Below, piece after piece: positions 44,152 through 54,067 of a DNA stretch of 64,000 nt (the stretch's first letter is position 1; the number at the start of each line of letters is the position of its first letter). Below the pieces are notes generated by a model. The model ran no database searches, had not been told where the DNA came from, and saw nothing but the letters and a program-made list of their open reading frames with translations. The stretch lies in assembly GCA_963716375.1 (NCBI GenBank), contig OY970306.1, positions 3,202,441 to 3,266,440 of the forward strand. The letters are read 5' to 3'. A program made the translations under genes and the position numbers. Source of the stretch: an uncultured Chloroflexia bacterium. GTDB lineage: Bacteria > Chloroflexota > Limnocylindria > Limnocylindrales > CSP1-4.

Positions 44152-45795
44152 ATGAGAAAGCCCAGGATGGCAGCGGCCGCCGCACTGGCCATGGTCGTGC
44201 TGGCCGCCGTGCCCGCGCTGGCCGCAAGCCTTGGCCTCCCGTCGAACGGGGCGCAGATCAACAAGGACACTGCAAACGGCATCGAGCCCACAAGGAATGG
44301 CGGCGTCACCGATGTCGTGGGCGGGGCCCTGGCGGCCGGCGCGGCCGAGGTGCCGTGGATCGCCTTCGAGCAGCAGGCGGCCAGCGGCCAGCACATCTTC
44401 GTCCGCGCGTTCAGGAGCGGGGGCTGGCACACACAGGGCCAGTCACTGAACATCGATCCCAGCGTCGAGGCCGAGGCCCCGTCCATCGACTTCGCCGGCC
44501 ACGGCCGCACGGTGCCGTGGGTCGCCTGGTACGAACCCAGCGCGTCGTTCGGGGGCAAGACGCAGATCTTCGCCAGCCGCTTCTGTGCCACCGCCAGTGC
44601 CGTGTGCGGCGCCGGGAATGTCTGGATCCCGGAAGGCCAGGACCGCAGCAGCGGATCGCTGATCCCCTCGCTGAACATCCACACCAATAAGGACGCCGAG
44701 AACCCGTCCGTTGCGGGCGGAACCCTCACGGCAGGCGCCGACCCGGGCCCCTGGGTCGCGTGGCAGGAACAGGACGGCAACATCGCGGGATCGGGTAATC
44801 ACGACCAGATCTTCGTTTCCAAGCCGATCAAGAACGCGTCGTCGGCAGCGGCCTGCCCCAACGGCACCACGCCGGCCGGCGACAACAGCGTCGGTTTCTT
44901 CTGCTGGCAGCAGGTTGGCCTGGAGCGGCTCAACGCGAGCGGCGGTTCGGCATCGCCCTCCGATCCGACACTGAACATCGACCCGTCGCGTGACGGGGTG
45001 GAGCCCAACAACACCTTCACCGGGCCGAATGACACCGTCGCCTGGGTCGTGTGGTACGAGCAGGGGACGTCCAAGCTCGGCCTGCGGAGCAACGAGCAGG
45101 TGTTCGCCGCCAAGATCGTGCCAAACGCGAATGCCGACGGCGGTGGTGCCTGGCAGGCCGTTGGTCGCGGCACCGCCGGACTGACCGAGACACTCGACGG
45201 CACCGGCGCGAACGGGTTCGGCGACTGCTCGTCCTCGAAGGCGAAGGAAGACGCGTGCTCGCTCAACAGGGTCGCGACCAACGATGCCGAGGACGCGCGC
45301 GTGGCGGCCGGCACACTGGTCGCGGGCAATCCCACGGTCCCGTGGGTCGTCTGGGCCGAATCGATCGGCGGCGGAAAACACGCGATCTTCATCTCGCGAC
45401 TGGTGGGCAAGGATCATTTCGAACTGTTCAACGCCGGCCAGCCCATCTCGAACATCACCCGTAACGCCGAGAAGCCTGACATCGAGTTCGTCGGCAACGA
45501 GCCATCCATTTCCTGGGTCGAGGCCTTCTCGGGGGGCGTTCACCGGCTGTTCGTGGGGCATTTCACCGGCGGCGCAACGGCACCGAAATTCCACCTCGAC
45601 ACCCCGAACGGCGTGACCCTGTTGCCGAAGACGACACTCGCGAACGTGACCGGGGGTCGCCAGCCCATTGCCTCCACGTGCCAGGCGAACCCGTTCACAG
45701 CCGATGGGTCGGCCTGCCCCGGCGGCGCCAAGTTCCCCTTCTTCTCGTTCACCGCGAACGGGTCGCCGCGCAAGATCTTCGCCCAGCGTCAATAA
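44152..45795 (+). CDS. Secreted protein with six copies of a novel-looking LNI..(V)PWVAW.E...IF(V/A)S(R/K) repeat (beta-propeller-like)
   Basis: AGGGGG RBS before the ATG at 44152. Signal peptide MRKPRMAAAAALAMVVLAAVPALAAS. Repeats read directly from the translation. The 5' part of ORF 43681.. is antisense to the LLM gene. Confidence 0.75.
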   Translation: MRKPRMAAAAALAMVVLAAVPALAASLGLPSNGAQINKDTANGIEPTRNGGVTDVVGGALAAGAAEVPWIAFEQQAASGQHIFVRAFRSGGWHTQGQSLNIDPSVEAEAPSIDFAGHGRTVPWVAWYEPSASFGGKTQIFASRFCATASAVCGAGNVWIPEGQDRSSGSLIPSLNIHTNKDAENPSVAGGTLTAGADPGPWVAWQEQDGNIAGSGNHDQIFVSKPIKNASSAAACPNGTTPAGDNSVGFFCWQQVGLERLNASGGSASPSDPTLNIDPSRDGVEPNNTFTGPNDTVAWVVWYEQGTSKLGLRSNEQVFAAKIVPNANADGGGAWQAVGRGTAGLTETLDGTGANGFGDCSSSKAKEDACSLNRVATNDAEDARVAAGTLVAGNPTVPWVVWAESIGGGKHAIFISRLVGKDHFELFNAGQPISNITRNAEKPDIEFVGNEPSISWVEAFSGGVHRLFVGHFTGGATAPKFHLDTPNGVTLLPKTTLANVTGGRQPIASTCQANPFTADGSACPGGAKFPFFSFTANGSPRKIFAQRQ

Positions 45796-46040
45796 CGAGC
45801 GAGCGGGCTCCAACGCTGTCCCCGGGTGAGGCGCAGGTCGACATCACCCGCGCCGCCGTGTGCACAGCGAGCCCTCGGCCATCTCCGCCGCGCGTTTGAC
45901 GATGGCCTGCGGGGCGGAGCTGCACTGACCACTCGCGGCGGTTCCGCCACGGGTCTTCTCGGAGACGATACGGGACGTCAGCCTGGTCGCGACCGTTGCT
46001 TCGGGGGCAGGGTCCGACTGACGGGCTGCCTCATCGCCGG

Positions 46041-47534
46041 TCAGTGCGCGCGAGCGAACACGGCCGTCTCCGATGCCGGCGCGCCACAGCGGGCACAGGT
46101 CATCGGGGGTTCAGGGTCCTCGAGCTCACCCTGGAATGGGAGAACGCGCAGCGTGGCGCCGGTGGTGGCCTGGACCTCGCGTTCGCAGACGGCCGAACCA
46201 CACCAGCCGGCGGCGAGGAAACCGCCCTGCGCGGCGTTCACGGCGACCAGCTCGTCCCAGCCGGAGACCCGGTGCGTATTGGTGCGCTGGAACGTGATCG
46301 CCCGCTCCAGCAGCCGCGCCTGCATCCGTTCGAGCCGATCCGCGACGTCGTCCGGAAGGCGATCGACCGAGACCGATTCCTTCGTGCTCGTGCCGTTCGT
46401 CGCCGGCAACCGCTCGGCCACCACGATGGTGCCCGCTGAGACATCCCGCGGCCCGACCTCGAGCCGGATCGGGACGCCGCGCAGCTCCCAATCGTTGAAC
46501 TTGTAGCCTGCGGTCAGCTCGTCGCGTCGATCGACCCGCACCCTGATGCGTTGGTCGCCGAAGACGGCGTGTGCCCGCAGCGCGGCCTCGACCGGGGCGA
46601 TCGCCGCTTCCACGGCCGTCCGCTCTTCTTCAGTTCGCCAGATCGGCACGACCACGACGTGGATGGGCGCAATCCGTGGCGGCAGGACGAGGCCGCGCTC
46701 ATCGCCGTGGACCATGATCACTGCGCCGATCGTCCGCCACGAGAACCCCCACGAGGTCCCGAACGGGTGCCGCCGCTCGTTGTCGCGATCCAGGTAGCGG
46801 ATGTCGAACGCCCGGGCGAAGTTCGAGCCGAGGTCGTGGCTGGTGCCCATCTGCAGTGCGCGCCGATCGCCCATCAGGGCCTCGCCGGTCAGCGTCACCT
46901 CGGCGCCCGGGAACTTCTCGGCCTCGCTCTTGCGACCCCTGATCGTCGGGATCGCGAGCCAGTCCTGCCAGATCTCGCGGTACACGCCGAGCATCCGCTC
47001 CGCTTCCTCGCGGGCGTCGGCCGCGCTGGCGTGGAACGTGTGCCCTTCCTGCCACAGGAACTCGGCCGTGCGCAAGAAGGGCCGTGTGCGGAGCTCCCAG
47101 CGGACCACGTTCGCCCATTGGTTCACGAGCACGGGCAGGTCGCGGTAGCTCTGGATCAGGTCGCGGTAGACGGCGCCGACCATGGCCTCCGAGGTCGGTC
47201 GGATCGCGAGGCGCTCGGTGAGCTCGCCGGCGCCGCCGTGGGTGACCCAGGCGACCTGCGGGCTGAATCCTTCGACGTGGGCGGCCTCGGTCTCCAGCAG
47301 GCTCTCGGGCACGAGCAGCGGCAGGTAGATGTTCTCGTGGCCCGTCTCCCTGATCCGCCGATCGAGCGCGTCGCGGACGTGCTCCCACAGCGCGAAGCCA
47401 TACGGACGGACGACGATGCAGCCGCGGACGGGCGCGTACGACGCAAGCTCGGCGTCGCGGACCACGTCGAGATACCACTGGCCGAAGTCGGCCGATCGGG
47501 ACGCACGGGAACGGTTGGATGCAGGCGCTGACAT
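46041..47534 (-). CDS. proS: Proline--tRNA ligase, archaeal/eukaryote-like type (no bacterial INS editing domain)
   Basis: FGQWYLDVV, VRGCIVVRPYG, IRPTSE, RTRPFLRTAEFLWQEGHT and MGTSHDLG. C-terminal Cys-containing domain. 497 aa. Confidence 0.93.
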   Translation of the reverse strand: MSAPASNRSRASRSADFGQWYLDVVRDAELASYAPVRGCIVVRPYGFALWEHVRDALDRRIRETGHENIYLPLLVPESLLETEAAHVEGFSPQVAWVTHGGAGELTERLAIRPTSEAMVGAVYRDLIQSYRDLPVLVNQWANVVRWELRTRPFLRTAEFLWQEGHTFHASAADAREEAERMLGVYREIWQDWLAIPTIRGRKSEAEKFPGAEVTLTGEALMGDRRALQMGTSHDLGSNFARAFDIRYLDRDNERRHPFGTSWGFSWRTIGAVIMVHGDERGLVLPPRIAPIHVVVVPIWRTEEERTAVEAAIAPVEAALRAHAVFGDQRIRVRVDRRDELTAGYKFNDWELRGVPIRLEVGPRDVSAGTIVVAERLPATNGTSTKESVSVDRLPDDVADRLERMQARLLERAITFQRTNTHRVSGWDELVAVNAAQGGFLAAGWCGSAVCEREVQATTGATLRVLPFQGELEDPEPPMTCARCGAPASETAVFARAH

Positions 47535-47573
47535 CGAAAGAACTCCTCGAATCTCGGCGATCGTGGCCAGCGG

Positions 47574-47617
47574 CTCTAGCCATGTCGGCGGGGCCGACTC
47601 TGTTCGGCTAGAGCCCG
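47574..47617 (-). other. Nested hairpin between the Ig-like gene stop and the proS start
   Basis: GGCTCTAGCC (47574-47583) pairs with GGCTAGAGCC (47608-47617). The inner stem is GTCGGC-ggg-GCCGAC. Confidence 0.4.
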
Positions 47618-47709
47618 ATCGGGATTCGGAGGAGTCTCGGAAGGCGCATGGTCGCCGGATCGTAGCGCATCAGGGGCGCGTGTCCGGCTCGATGCCGCAG
47701 ATCGACTGC

Positions 47710-49563
47710 TTACGACACCGAGTAGTACTCGTAGTCCGTTGGGAAACTGTTGGCGTTGACGGACGTGGGCGCCAGGTTGACGCGCAGTCGCCAGGTGCCC
47801 TTGACGTTGAACCCCACGTTGAACAGTGCGGTGCCGGTCGACTTGCTGACAGGGATCACCAGGGCGTCGATGCCGGCGTCGACCCACGTCGAACCCGACT
47901 TGCGCTGGACGACGAACTGTGCGAACTGCGGGGGCAGCTCGGCGCGGTTCGGGCGGGCCGTGGCCGTGAAGTTGATCTCGTCGTTCAGGCTGATGCGGCA
48001 CGGGTTCGACGACGTGCAGCCGGTTGGCCGGATGAAGACCAGCGCGCGAACGACGACGCGCACCTGCGGGCTCGTGGCCGCGCCCAGGTCGGCCGCGCCC
48101 GCGAAGCTCACCCGGTAGTAGCGGTTGTCCGACGGCCGATAGAAGACGCTCGCGTCACCCGACGCGTCCGTGGTCGCCGAGCCGATCGCGGACCACGTCG
48201 TCTGGTTCTTGGACACCTCGAACGTCAGCGACCGATTCGCCCCGTTCGCGCCGATGTGCGCCTGCAGCCGGACGCCCTCGCTGGCTGCCTGGGGCAGCTT
48301 GATGTTCGCCTGGGCTGGTGTCTTGCTGGAATCCGGCGCGCACTGGTTCGGGCCGGAGGTGGAGATCGGCGTCGGCGTGCCGCAGAACGTCGTGAGCGAG
48401 ATGGAGGCCGGCGTTACGACCGGCGCGGAGGCGACCGCGAAGGCGGCGCCCGTCGTATTGGCGAAACTTGCGCTCGCGGTCAGTGCATAGCCGGTGTCCG
48501 GGGTCGTCTGCGTGCAGCCGGCAAAGGTCGCTTCACCGTTCACCGTCTGCGCCGTCAGGCCGCCGGTGCACGAGAACGTGCCGGCGATCTTGTTGATCGA
48601 GAGCGTGATCGTGGTCGGTGGCAGCGAGGTGACGGTGTTGCCACCGGCATCCACAACGGCGACGCGCGGCTGGGGCGTCAACGCCGCTGGGGTGGACGCG
48701 GCCGGATAGCTCTTGAAGACGAGCTTCGTCGCCGCCCCGCCGGTCACCGTCAGCGAGTCGCTGTCCGCGAATGCCGCGCCGGACGAGGCACGGAGTTTGT
48801 ACGTGCCCGCGAGGTCGATCTTGCAGCCCGTGAAGGTCGCGGCACCGACGGAATTCGCGAGTACCGGGTTGGTCGGGCAGGCGAGCGTGGCCCCTGCCGG
48901 TCCGCTTCCGGGCGCGATGGACAGCGCGACCGACGCGTGCGAGACGTTGTTCGTGTGCTGATCCTTCACCGTGATCACGGGGGCGGTTGCGAAGGCCGTG
49001 CCAGCGGTGTTAGTTGCGCTGGGCTGGGCCGTATAGGCCAGGGCTGCGGGCGCGCCGGCGACGATGGTCAGCAGCCCGTAGCTGGTGCCGCCGCTCGGTG
49101 CTCCGCTCGTCCCGGTCTTGGTGATGTGGTTGCTGGCGAGGCCCTTCCCTGTCGCGGGCTGCACCTTGAGGATGAAGGTGAGCGTGCAGGGGACGTTGGT
49201 GGATTGGCTATGGACCGTGAGCGTGGCCTGGGTCGACGTGATGCTCAGCGTCTGGCCCATGCTGCAGCCGGGGCTGAGCATCACACCGCCGTCTCCAGGC
49301 TTGAATCGGAAGGCCGACGGTGCATTGAGGATCGTCGTAGAGTCCGTGAACAGTTCGCCGGGGCCCGCCTCGCGGATCTGCGGGCCGGTGAGGAGCGTCC
49401 AGTTGTCGGTCCCGGCGTCATCCGCCGAGATGGCGCTGCCACCGGTGGCCGGAAAGACATCCACGGCGAAGACGTTCGTCGCGGGAACCAGCGAGGCCGA
49501 AAGGGCGATCAGCAATCCTGCCGCGGCGACCCGCGCCCGGCGGCCAACGCTCGGTAGAGCCAT
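47710..49563 (-). CDS. Secreted protein with tandem Ig-like (bacterial Ig/invasin-like) domains
   Basis: Signal peptide MALPSVGRRARVAAAGLLIALSASLVPATNVFA. At least two similar ~95-aa units (..A..L.F...P......G.AF...P.V.V.D..GN.V......V.LS.....G.L.C......NG.ATF.GC....AG.Y.L.AS). Thr/Ser/Ala/Gly-rich. Confidence 0.7.
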   Translation of the reverse strand: MALPSVGRRARVAAAGLLIALSASLVPATNVFAVDVFPATGGSAISADDAGTDNWTLLTGPQIREAGPGELFTDSTTILNAPSAFRFKPGDGGVMLSPGCSMGQTLSITSTQATLTVHSQSTNVPCTLTFILKVQPATGKGLASNHITKTGTSGAPSGGTSYGLLTIVAGAPAALAYTAQPSATNTAGTAFATAPVITVKDQHTNNVSHASVALSIAPGSGPAGATLACPTNPVLANSVGAATFTGCKIDLAGTYKLRASSGAAFADSDSLTVTGGAATKLVFKSYPAASTPAALTPQPRVAVVDAGGNTVTSLPPTTITLSINKIAGTFSCTGGLTAQTVNGEATFAGCTQTTPDTGYALTASASFANTTGAAFAVASAPVVTPASISLTTFCGTPTPISTSGPNQCAPDSSKTPAQANIKLPQAASEGVRLQAHIGANGANRSLTFEVSKNQTTWSAIGSATTDASGDASVFYRPSDNRYYRVSFAGAADLGAATSPQVRVVVRALVFIRPTGCTSSNPCRISLNDEINFTATARPNRAELPPQFAQFVVQRKSGSTWVDAGIDALVIPVSKSTGTALFNVGFNVKGTWRLRVNLAPTSVNANSFPTDYEYYSVS

Positions 49564-49774
49564 CCGTCGTCCCCCTGCGATGAACGCCGCCCCGCCCGAT
49601 TGGACATTGCTCCACCCAAGGAGCCCGACCGGGGTGATCGTGCGCGGATACTAGCAGCGCAATCCAGGTGATCCGCTCGTAGATGGCGCGATCTGACCCG
49701 CTTTCTCCTCGAGTCCATCTGTCGTGCGGCCGCCGCGCCAGCCGGCGTATGTTCAGCCGGGTCAGGAGGGTCAG

Positions 49775-50158
49775 ATGTCCAGAGTTCTCGGGATCGGCGG
49801 CGTGTTCTTCAAGGCGAAGGACCCGGGCACGCTCATCAACTGGTACCGCGACGTGATCGGCCTCCCGGTGGAGGACTGGGGCGGTGTGGTCTTTCGACCG
49901 GAGGCGATGACCGACCAGCCGGGCGCCGGCACCGTGTTCAGCCCGTTCGAGGCCGACACCACCTACTTCGAACCCTCGACCAGGGAATTCATGATCAATC
50001 TCGCGGTCGACGATCTCGACGGCATCCTGGCGAGGTGCGCAGAGCACGGCGTCGAGGCCGACGTCCTCCCCGACCAGCCCAACGGCCGCTTCGCTCACCT
50101 CCTCGACCCGGAGGGGACGAAGATCGAGCTGTGGCAGCCAAAGCCGATGCCCGACTGA
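49775..50158 (+). CDS. VOC / glyoxalase-bleomycin resistance family protein
   Basis: AGGAGGG RBS. MSRVLGIGGVFFKAKDP...WYRDVIGL...DPEGTKIELWQP. Confidence 0.8.
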   Translation: MSRVLGIGGVFFKAKDPGTLINWYRDVIGLPVEDWGGVVFRPEAMTDQPGAGTVFSPFEADTTYFEPSTREFMINLAVDDLDGILARCAEHGVEADVLPDQPNGRFAHLLDPEGTKIELWQPKPMPD

Positions 50159-50419
50159 CGAGCCCTGGTCTCGGTGCGTGGCCTGACGTGGCGACGGTCG
50201 TCCCGCGAACGCATCGAAGAGCCGGCGCCTCTGGACGTGATCCGCGCCACAGCCGGTCTGGGCCATCCTCGCGGTGAGCCGCGCCGACGACTGCTTCCGA
50301 AGCCCCGCGAGTTCGTTCCCGACGCCGGTGAGCGATTTCCACGTCGGGTTTCGGGTCTGCTCCAGGAGATCGGGCGAGAGGATTGGTCAAGCCGGTAAGC
50401 TTGCGATGGAGGTGCGCCA

Positions 50420-50647
50420 ATGACGATGCGCGAAGCATTGGACGATGCGATGGGCCGCGGCAGCACGGAGGACGCGATGGCTGCCCTCCATGAACGCGGC
50501 GTCGCGGTGGCCGACCAGGACTCGATGAGTCAGGCAATCCACGACGTGTACTGCGGCATCCTGGCCGATCACCAGCACCCGAACGACAGCGACCGCGACC
50601 GGGCGCGTCAGATGCTCGAGAGGCTCAAGCTCCACGAGACCATGTAG
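50420..50647 (+). CDS. Hypothetical small protein
   Basis: 75-aa ORF with non-shadow-like composition, immediately upstream of the DUF1801 gene. No family recognised. Confidence 0.35.
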   Translation: MTMREALDDAMGRGSTEDAMAALHERGVAVADQDSMSQAIHDVYCGILADHQHPNDSDRDRARQMLERLKLHETM

Positions 50648-50657
50648 CCGGGGCCCC

Positions 50658-51053
50658 ATGACCTACGTCGCCGATCCCCGGGTGGACGCCTACATCGACG
50701 GCCTGCCGGAGTGGCAGCAGGCCATCTGCCGCGAAGTCCGCGAGCTTGTCCACGCGGCCGATCCGGAGGTGATCGAGACCATCAAGCGCACCCGCCAGCC
50801 CTACTTCGTGCTGGACGGCAATATCTGCGCCCTGCTGGCGGCCAGGGACCACGTCAACGTGTTCCTCTACGACGGCGCCATCGTCCCCGATCCCGAGGGG
50901 ATCATCACGGCCGGCCATGCCAACACGACCGCGAGGACCGTCGCCGTGCGTCGCGGTGAGCGCATCAACGCGGCCGCTCTCGGGGTGATGTTCAGACAGA
51001 TCGTCGCCAACAACCGGGCTGGCGGCTGGCGGCGCCTCAAGGGCGACGGCTGA
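50658..51053 (+). CDS. DUF1801 (YdhG-like) domain protein
   Basis: DPRVDAYIDGLPEWQQAICREVRELVHAADPEVIETIK...PYF......ICAL.A.KDHVNVFLY pattern. Confidence 0.7.
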   Translation: MTYVADPRVDAYIDGLPEWQQAICREVRELVHAADPEVIETIKRTRQPYFVLDGNICALLAARDHVNVFLYDGAIVPDPEGIITAGHANTTARTVAVRRGERINAAALGVMFRQIVANNRAGGWRRLKGDG

Positions 51054-51295
51054 GCCAGCCGGCTGCTCCGGCGATCGGGCGTGATGGGGCGCCGAACATG
51101 CCGCCACTGCAATCGACCGCTCGTACAGGACACATCGATCCGTGGCAGCCCGTCGAGCTCGGCGCCCCGGGCGTCGGTGCATCGCGAAGGACTGCCAGAG
51201 TGAACCGACGTCCGCGGAGCCGAGGTGCGAGCCACCGCGAGTGTCCTTCGCCCGTCTGAGAACTCTCTGCGAATTCGCAGCAAGGAATTCGGCGG

Positions 51296-53596
51296 CTAGG
51301 AATTCGGCGACGCCATCCAGCTCGCAATCTGGGCACGTGAGTCGAACCCGAGCTTGTCGAGGATGTTGCGAACATGCGTCGCGACGGTTCGATCGGAGAT
51401 GAACAGGCGCGTGCCGATCTCCTTGTTGCTCAGGCCTGCCGCGATCAACGTCGCCACTTCGACCTCCCGCTTCGCCAGCGGTCCGGTCTCGACCTGGCCG
51501 GCCGCGTCGACATCGACGTCTTCGGTTTCGCTGAGCGCGAGGCGCAATGCGGCCGTTCGACCGAGGCGTCTGCCCGCCTCGTACTCGGCCTCGAATTTCG
51601 ATGTCCCAAGGCTGCCGGCCGCCGCTTCGCGGGCCCGCGCCAGGTATGGCGTGGCTGGACCGGTCATCCCGGCGCCCGCCCCCGTCCCGATCGCCTCCGC
51701 TGCCCCGAGCAGCCGTGCCGCAAGGCGAGGTTGGCCAGAGGCGGCCGCGTGCCAGCCCAGGAGGCTCAGCGAGTCAAACTGGGCGAACCGGTCGTCGATC
51801 TGCCGCGCGATCCGCAACGCGTCGATCAGCCGCGGCTTCGATCCCGCCACGTCACCGGTCAGCATCGCGACCTGGCCCAGGTACAACAGCATCTGGACGA
51901 GGTGGTACAGGTCGCCGGCTGCCCGGCTCAACCGGGCGCCGTCTGAGGACGCCGTCCTGGCCAGGTCGAGGTCCTCTGCGAAGAACGCGTGGACCGCCCT
52001 CGCCTGGATCAGGCCGATCGACGCTGGGTAGTCGTGCAGGGGTGGCGTCAGCGACTCGGCCTCGTCGAGGAACCCACGGGCGGCAGCGAGATCTCCCGCC
52101 ATGCCTTCTGCGATCGATGCCGCCGACAGGGATTCGGACAATTGCGCAAGCTGCCCGGCCGCTCGGGCTCCGTGGATGGCTCGAGCCAACCAGGGCCGGG
52201 CGCCTTCGGCATCGGCTTGCCGCATGCTGAACCGGCCCCGGAAGTAGTAGGCCCGGGCCGGGACGTCCGGGAATCCTGCCGCAACCTCAAGCAGTTCGTC
52301 GAACCAGCGAATGCTTTCCGTGGTGCCCCGGGTGGCCCAGTAGTAGCCGATCGACGTGGCGAGCTCGAGTCCGCGTCGCCAGTCCGAAGCCACGAGACAC
52401 TTCTGCAGGGCCGACCGGATGTTGTCGATCTCCAGGTCGACCCACTGGAGCCACTCGACCGGCCGATGGCGGGAGGCGCCCTCAGCGTCCAGGCACCTCG
52501 TCCTGTAGTACTCGACGTACCGCTCATCGAGCATGTCCTCCTCGGCGGCGGCCCGCAACTTGAGGCTGGCGTACTCGCGCATCGTCTCGTGCAATCGGTA
52601 GCAGGCGATGCCCGCGACGTCGTCCCTGGTGACGAGCGACTTGTCCACCAGCGCAGTCAGCAGGTCCAGGGTCAGATCGGAGGGTTCGTCGATGGCCGCA
52701 CAGACCCCGGCAACGTCATCCAGGGTGAAGCGGCCCGCGAAGACGCACAGGCGGCGCAGAAGCGTCTGCTCCGCCGCAGCCAACAGGTCGTGACTCCAGT
52801 CAATCGTGGTTCGGAGCGTTTGCTGACGTGGCAGCGCCGCGCGGCTTCCACCGGTCAGAAGCGCGAATCGGTCGGTCAGCCGATCGAGGATCTGCTCGAC
52901 GGTGAGCACTCGTGTTCTGACGGCAGCGAGCTCGATCGCCAGCGGCAGACCGTCGAGCCGCCGGCAGAGTTGGACGACGGCCGACTGGTTCGAGCTGGTC
53001 AGTTCAAACGTGCCTGAGGCGGCCGCGGCACGCTCCGTGAACAACAGGACGGCTTCGTTCTGTCGAACCCGGGACAGCGGTTGCCCTTCGTCTGCCGCAG
53101 GCAGGTCCAGTGGCGGCACCGGGAGGACGTGCTCGCCGGGCACCTGGAGCGGCTCACGGCTCGTGACGATCAGCCGCACGTTGGGCGCGGCCCGAATGAT
53201 TTCGGCCACCAGTCGGGCGGACACCTCGAGCACGTGCTCGCAGTTGTCGAGGAAGAGCAAGAGCTCGCTGTCTCGCAGGTAGGCCAACAGGATCTGCAGC
53301 GGCTGCGCTCCGGCCTGGTCCCGGAGGTCCAGGGCAGCGACCACTGCGTTGGTCACCAGTGCCGGATCGCGAATCTCGGCGAGTTCGACCCACCAGGCAC
53401 CGTTCTCGAAACCGCGTCCGAGGTCCGTCGCGATCCGAAGGCCGAGGCGTGTCTTGCCGACCCCTCCGGGGCCGACGAGGCTGACCAGGCGAGAACTGGC
53501 CAACGTCTTTCGCAGCTCCGCCAACTCTCGGCGACGACCCACGAAGCTCGTCGATTCGGCGGGCAGGTTTCCCAGTCGGCGCCTCGGTCTTGCCAC
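51296..53596 (-). CDS. STAND-type ATPase / TPR / LuxR-HTH transcriptional regulator
   Basis: FVGRRRELAEL, Walker A GPGGVGKTRL, LLFLDNCEH, a long helical repeat region and a C-terminal LuxR HTH (EVEVATLIAAGLSNKEIGTRLFISDRTVATHVRNILDKLG). Confidence 0.9.
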   Translation of the reverse strand: MARPRRRLGNLPAESTSFVGRRRELAELRKTLASSRLVSLVGPGGVGKTRLGLRIATDLGRGFENGAWWVELAEIRDPALVTNAVVAALDLRDQAGAQPLQILLAYLRDSELLLFLDNCEHVLEVSARLVAEIIRAAPNVRLIVTSREPLQVPGEHVLPVPPLDLPAADEGQPLSRVRQNEAVLLFTERAAAASGTFELTSSNQSAVVQLCRRLDGLPLAIELAAVRTRVLTVEQILDRLTDRFALLTGGSRAALPRQQTLRTTIDWSHDLLAAAEQTLLRRLCVFAGRFTLDDVAGVCAAIDEPSDLTLDLLTALVDKSLVTRDDVAGIACYRLHETMREYASLKLRAAAEEDMLDERYVEYYRTRCLDAEGASRHRPVEWLQWVDLEIDNIRSALQKCLVASDWRRGLELATSIGYYWATRGTTESIRWFDELLEVAAGFPDVPARAYYFRGRFSMRQADAEGARPWLARAIHGARAAGQLAQLSESLSAASIAEGMAGDLAAARGFLDEAESLTPPLHDYPASIGLIQARAVHAFFAEDLDLARTASSDGARLSRAAGDLYHLVQMLLYLGQVAMLTGDVAGSKPRLIDALRIARQIDDRFAQFDSLSLLGWHAAASGQPRLAARLLGAAEAIGTGAGAGMTGPATPYLARAREAAAGSLGTSKFEAEYEAGRRLGRTAALRLALSETEDVDVDAAGQVETGPLAKREVEVATLIAAGLSNKEIGTRLFISDRTVATHVRNILDKLGFDSRAQIASWMASPNS

Positions 53597-53696
53597 GGTC
53601 GCCGCACCGTATCACGCAACCTCGTCGGCCCGACTACGCATCGAATCAGTTATTCGGTCGATTTGAACGACTCGGTGCCGGGCCTAGCTTGCTCAC

Positions 53697-53939
53697 ATGT
53701 TCAAGGACGCAGCCACCCAGCGAGTCGAGGTCACGTTCGTCGTGACTCCGCCCACGCGCCAGATCGCGCAGGCGTCGGGCGTCACCGACGTCGAGGTCGT
53801 CGGGCGAACGATCCGCTGCCTGGTCCGCGGGAGCTTCCAGCCATTTCTCGAGGCGGTGCGGGGCTACGAGGTCGTCAGCTTTACCTCGATCCCCGCCATC
53901 GATGGGACCCAGGCGCAACGACAGGGAGACGAGCCATGA
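53697..53939 (+). CDS. Small stand-alone protein resembling the C-terminal (DUF4162-like) domain of ABC-2 type ATPases
   Basis: GVTDVEVVGRTIRCLVRGSFQPFLEAVRGYEVVSFTS. Divergent from the LuxR regulator and upstream of DUF4386. Confidence 0.5.
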   Translation: MFKDAATQRVEVTFVVTPPTRQIAQASGVTDVEVVGRTIRCLVRGSFQPFLEAVRGYEVVSFTSIPAIDGTQAQRQGDEP

Positions 53940-54067
53940 AGGATCGCCCCTTCGTCGGGGGGAGGTCGGCGATGTTCGAAGCCTGACCGCCCCGCCGGGA
54001 TCAGCCACCCGGCATCCAGCAGCTCCGACACATCAATCTCATCTACCGATCCAGAAAGGAACCGGAC

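Noticed and set aside
53697-53939. 80-aa ORF considered as a pseudogene fragment of an ABC transporter ATPase.
   Set aside because: No nucleotide-binding-domain remnants are detectable upstream, where the region is a divergent promoter. The analogous position in the second module is also occupied by a small stand-alone protein. I keep it as a low-confidence CDS.
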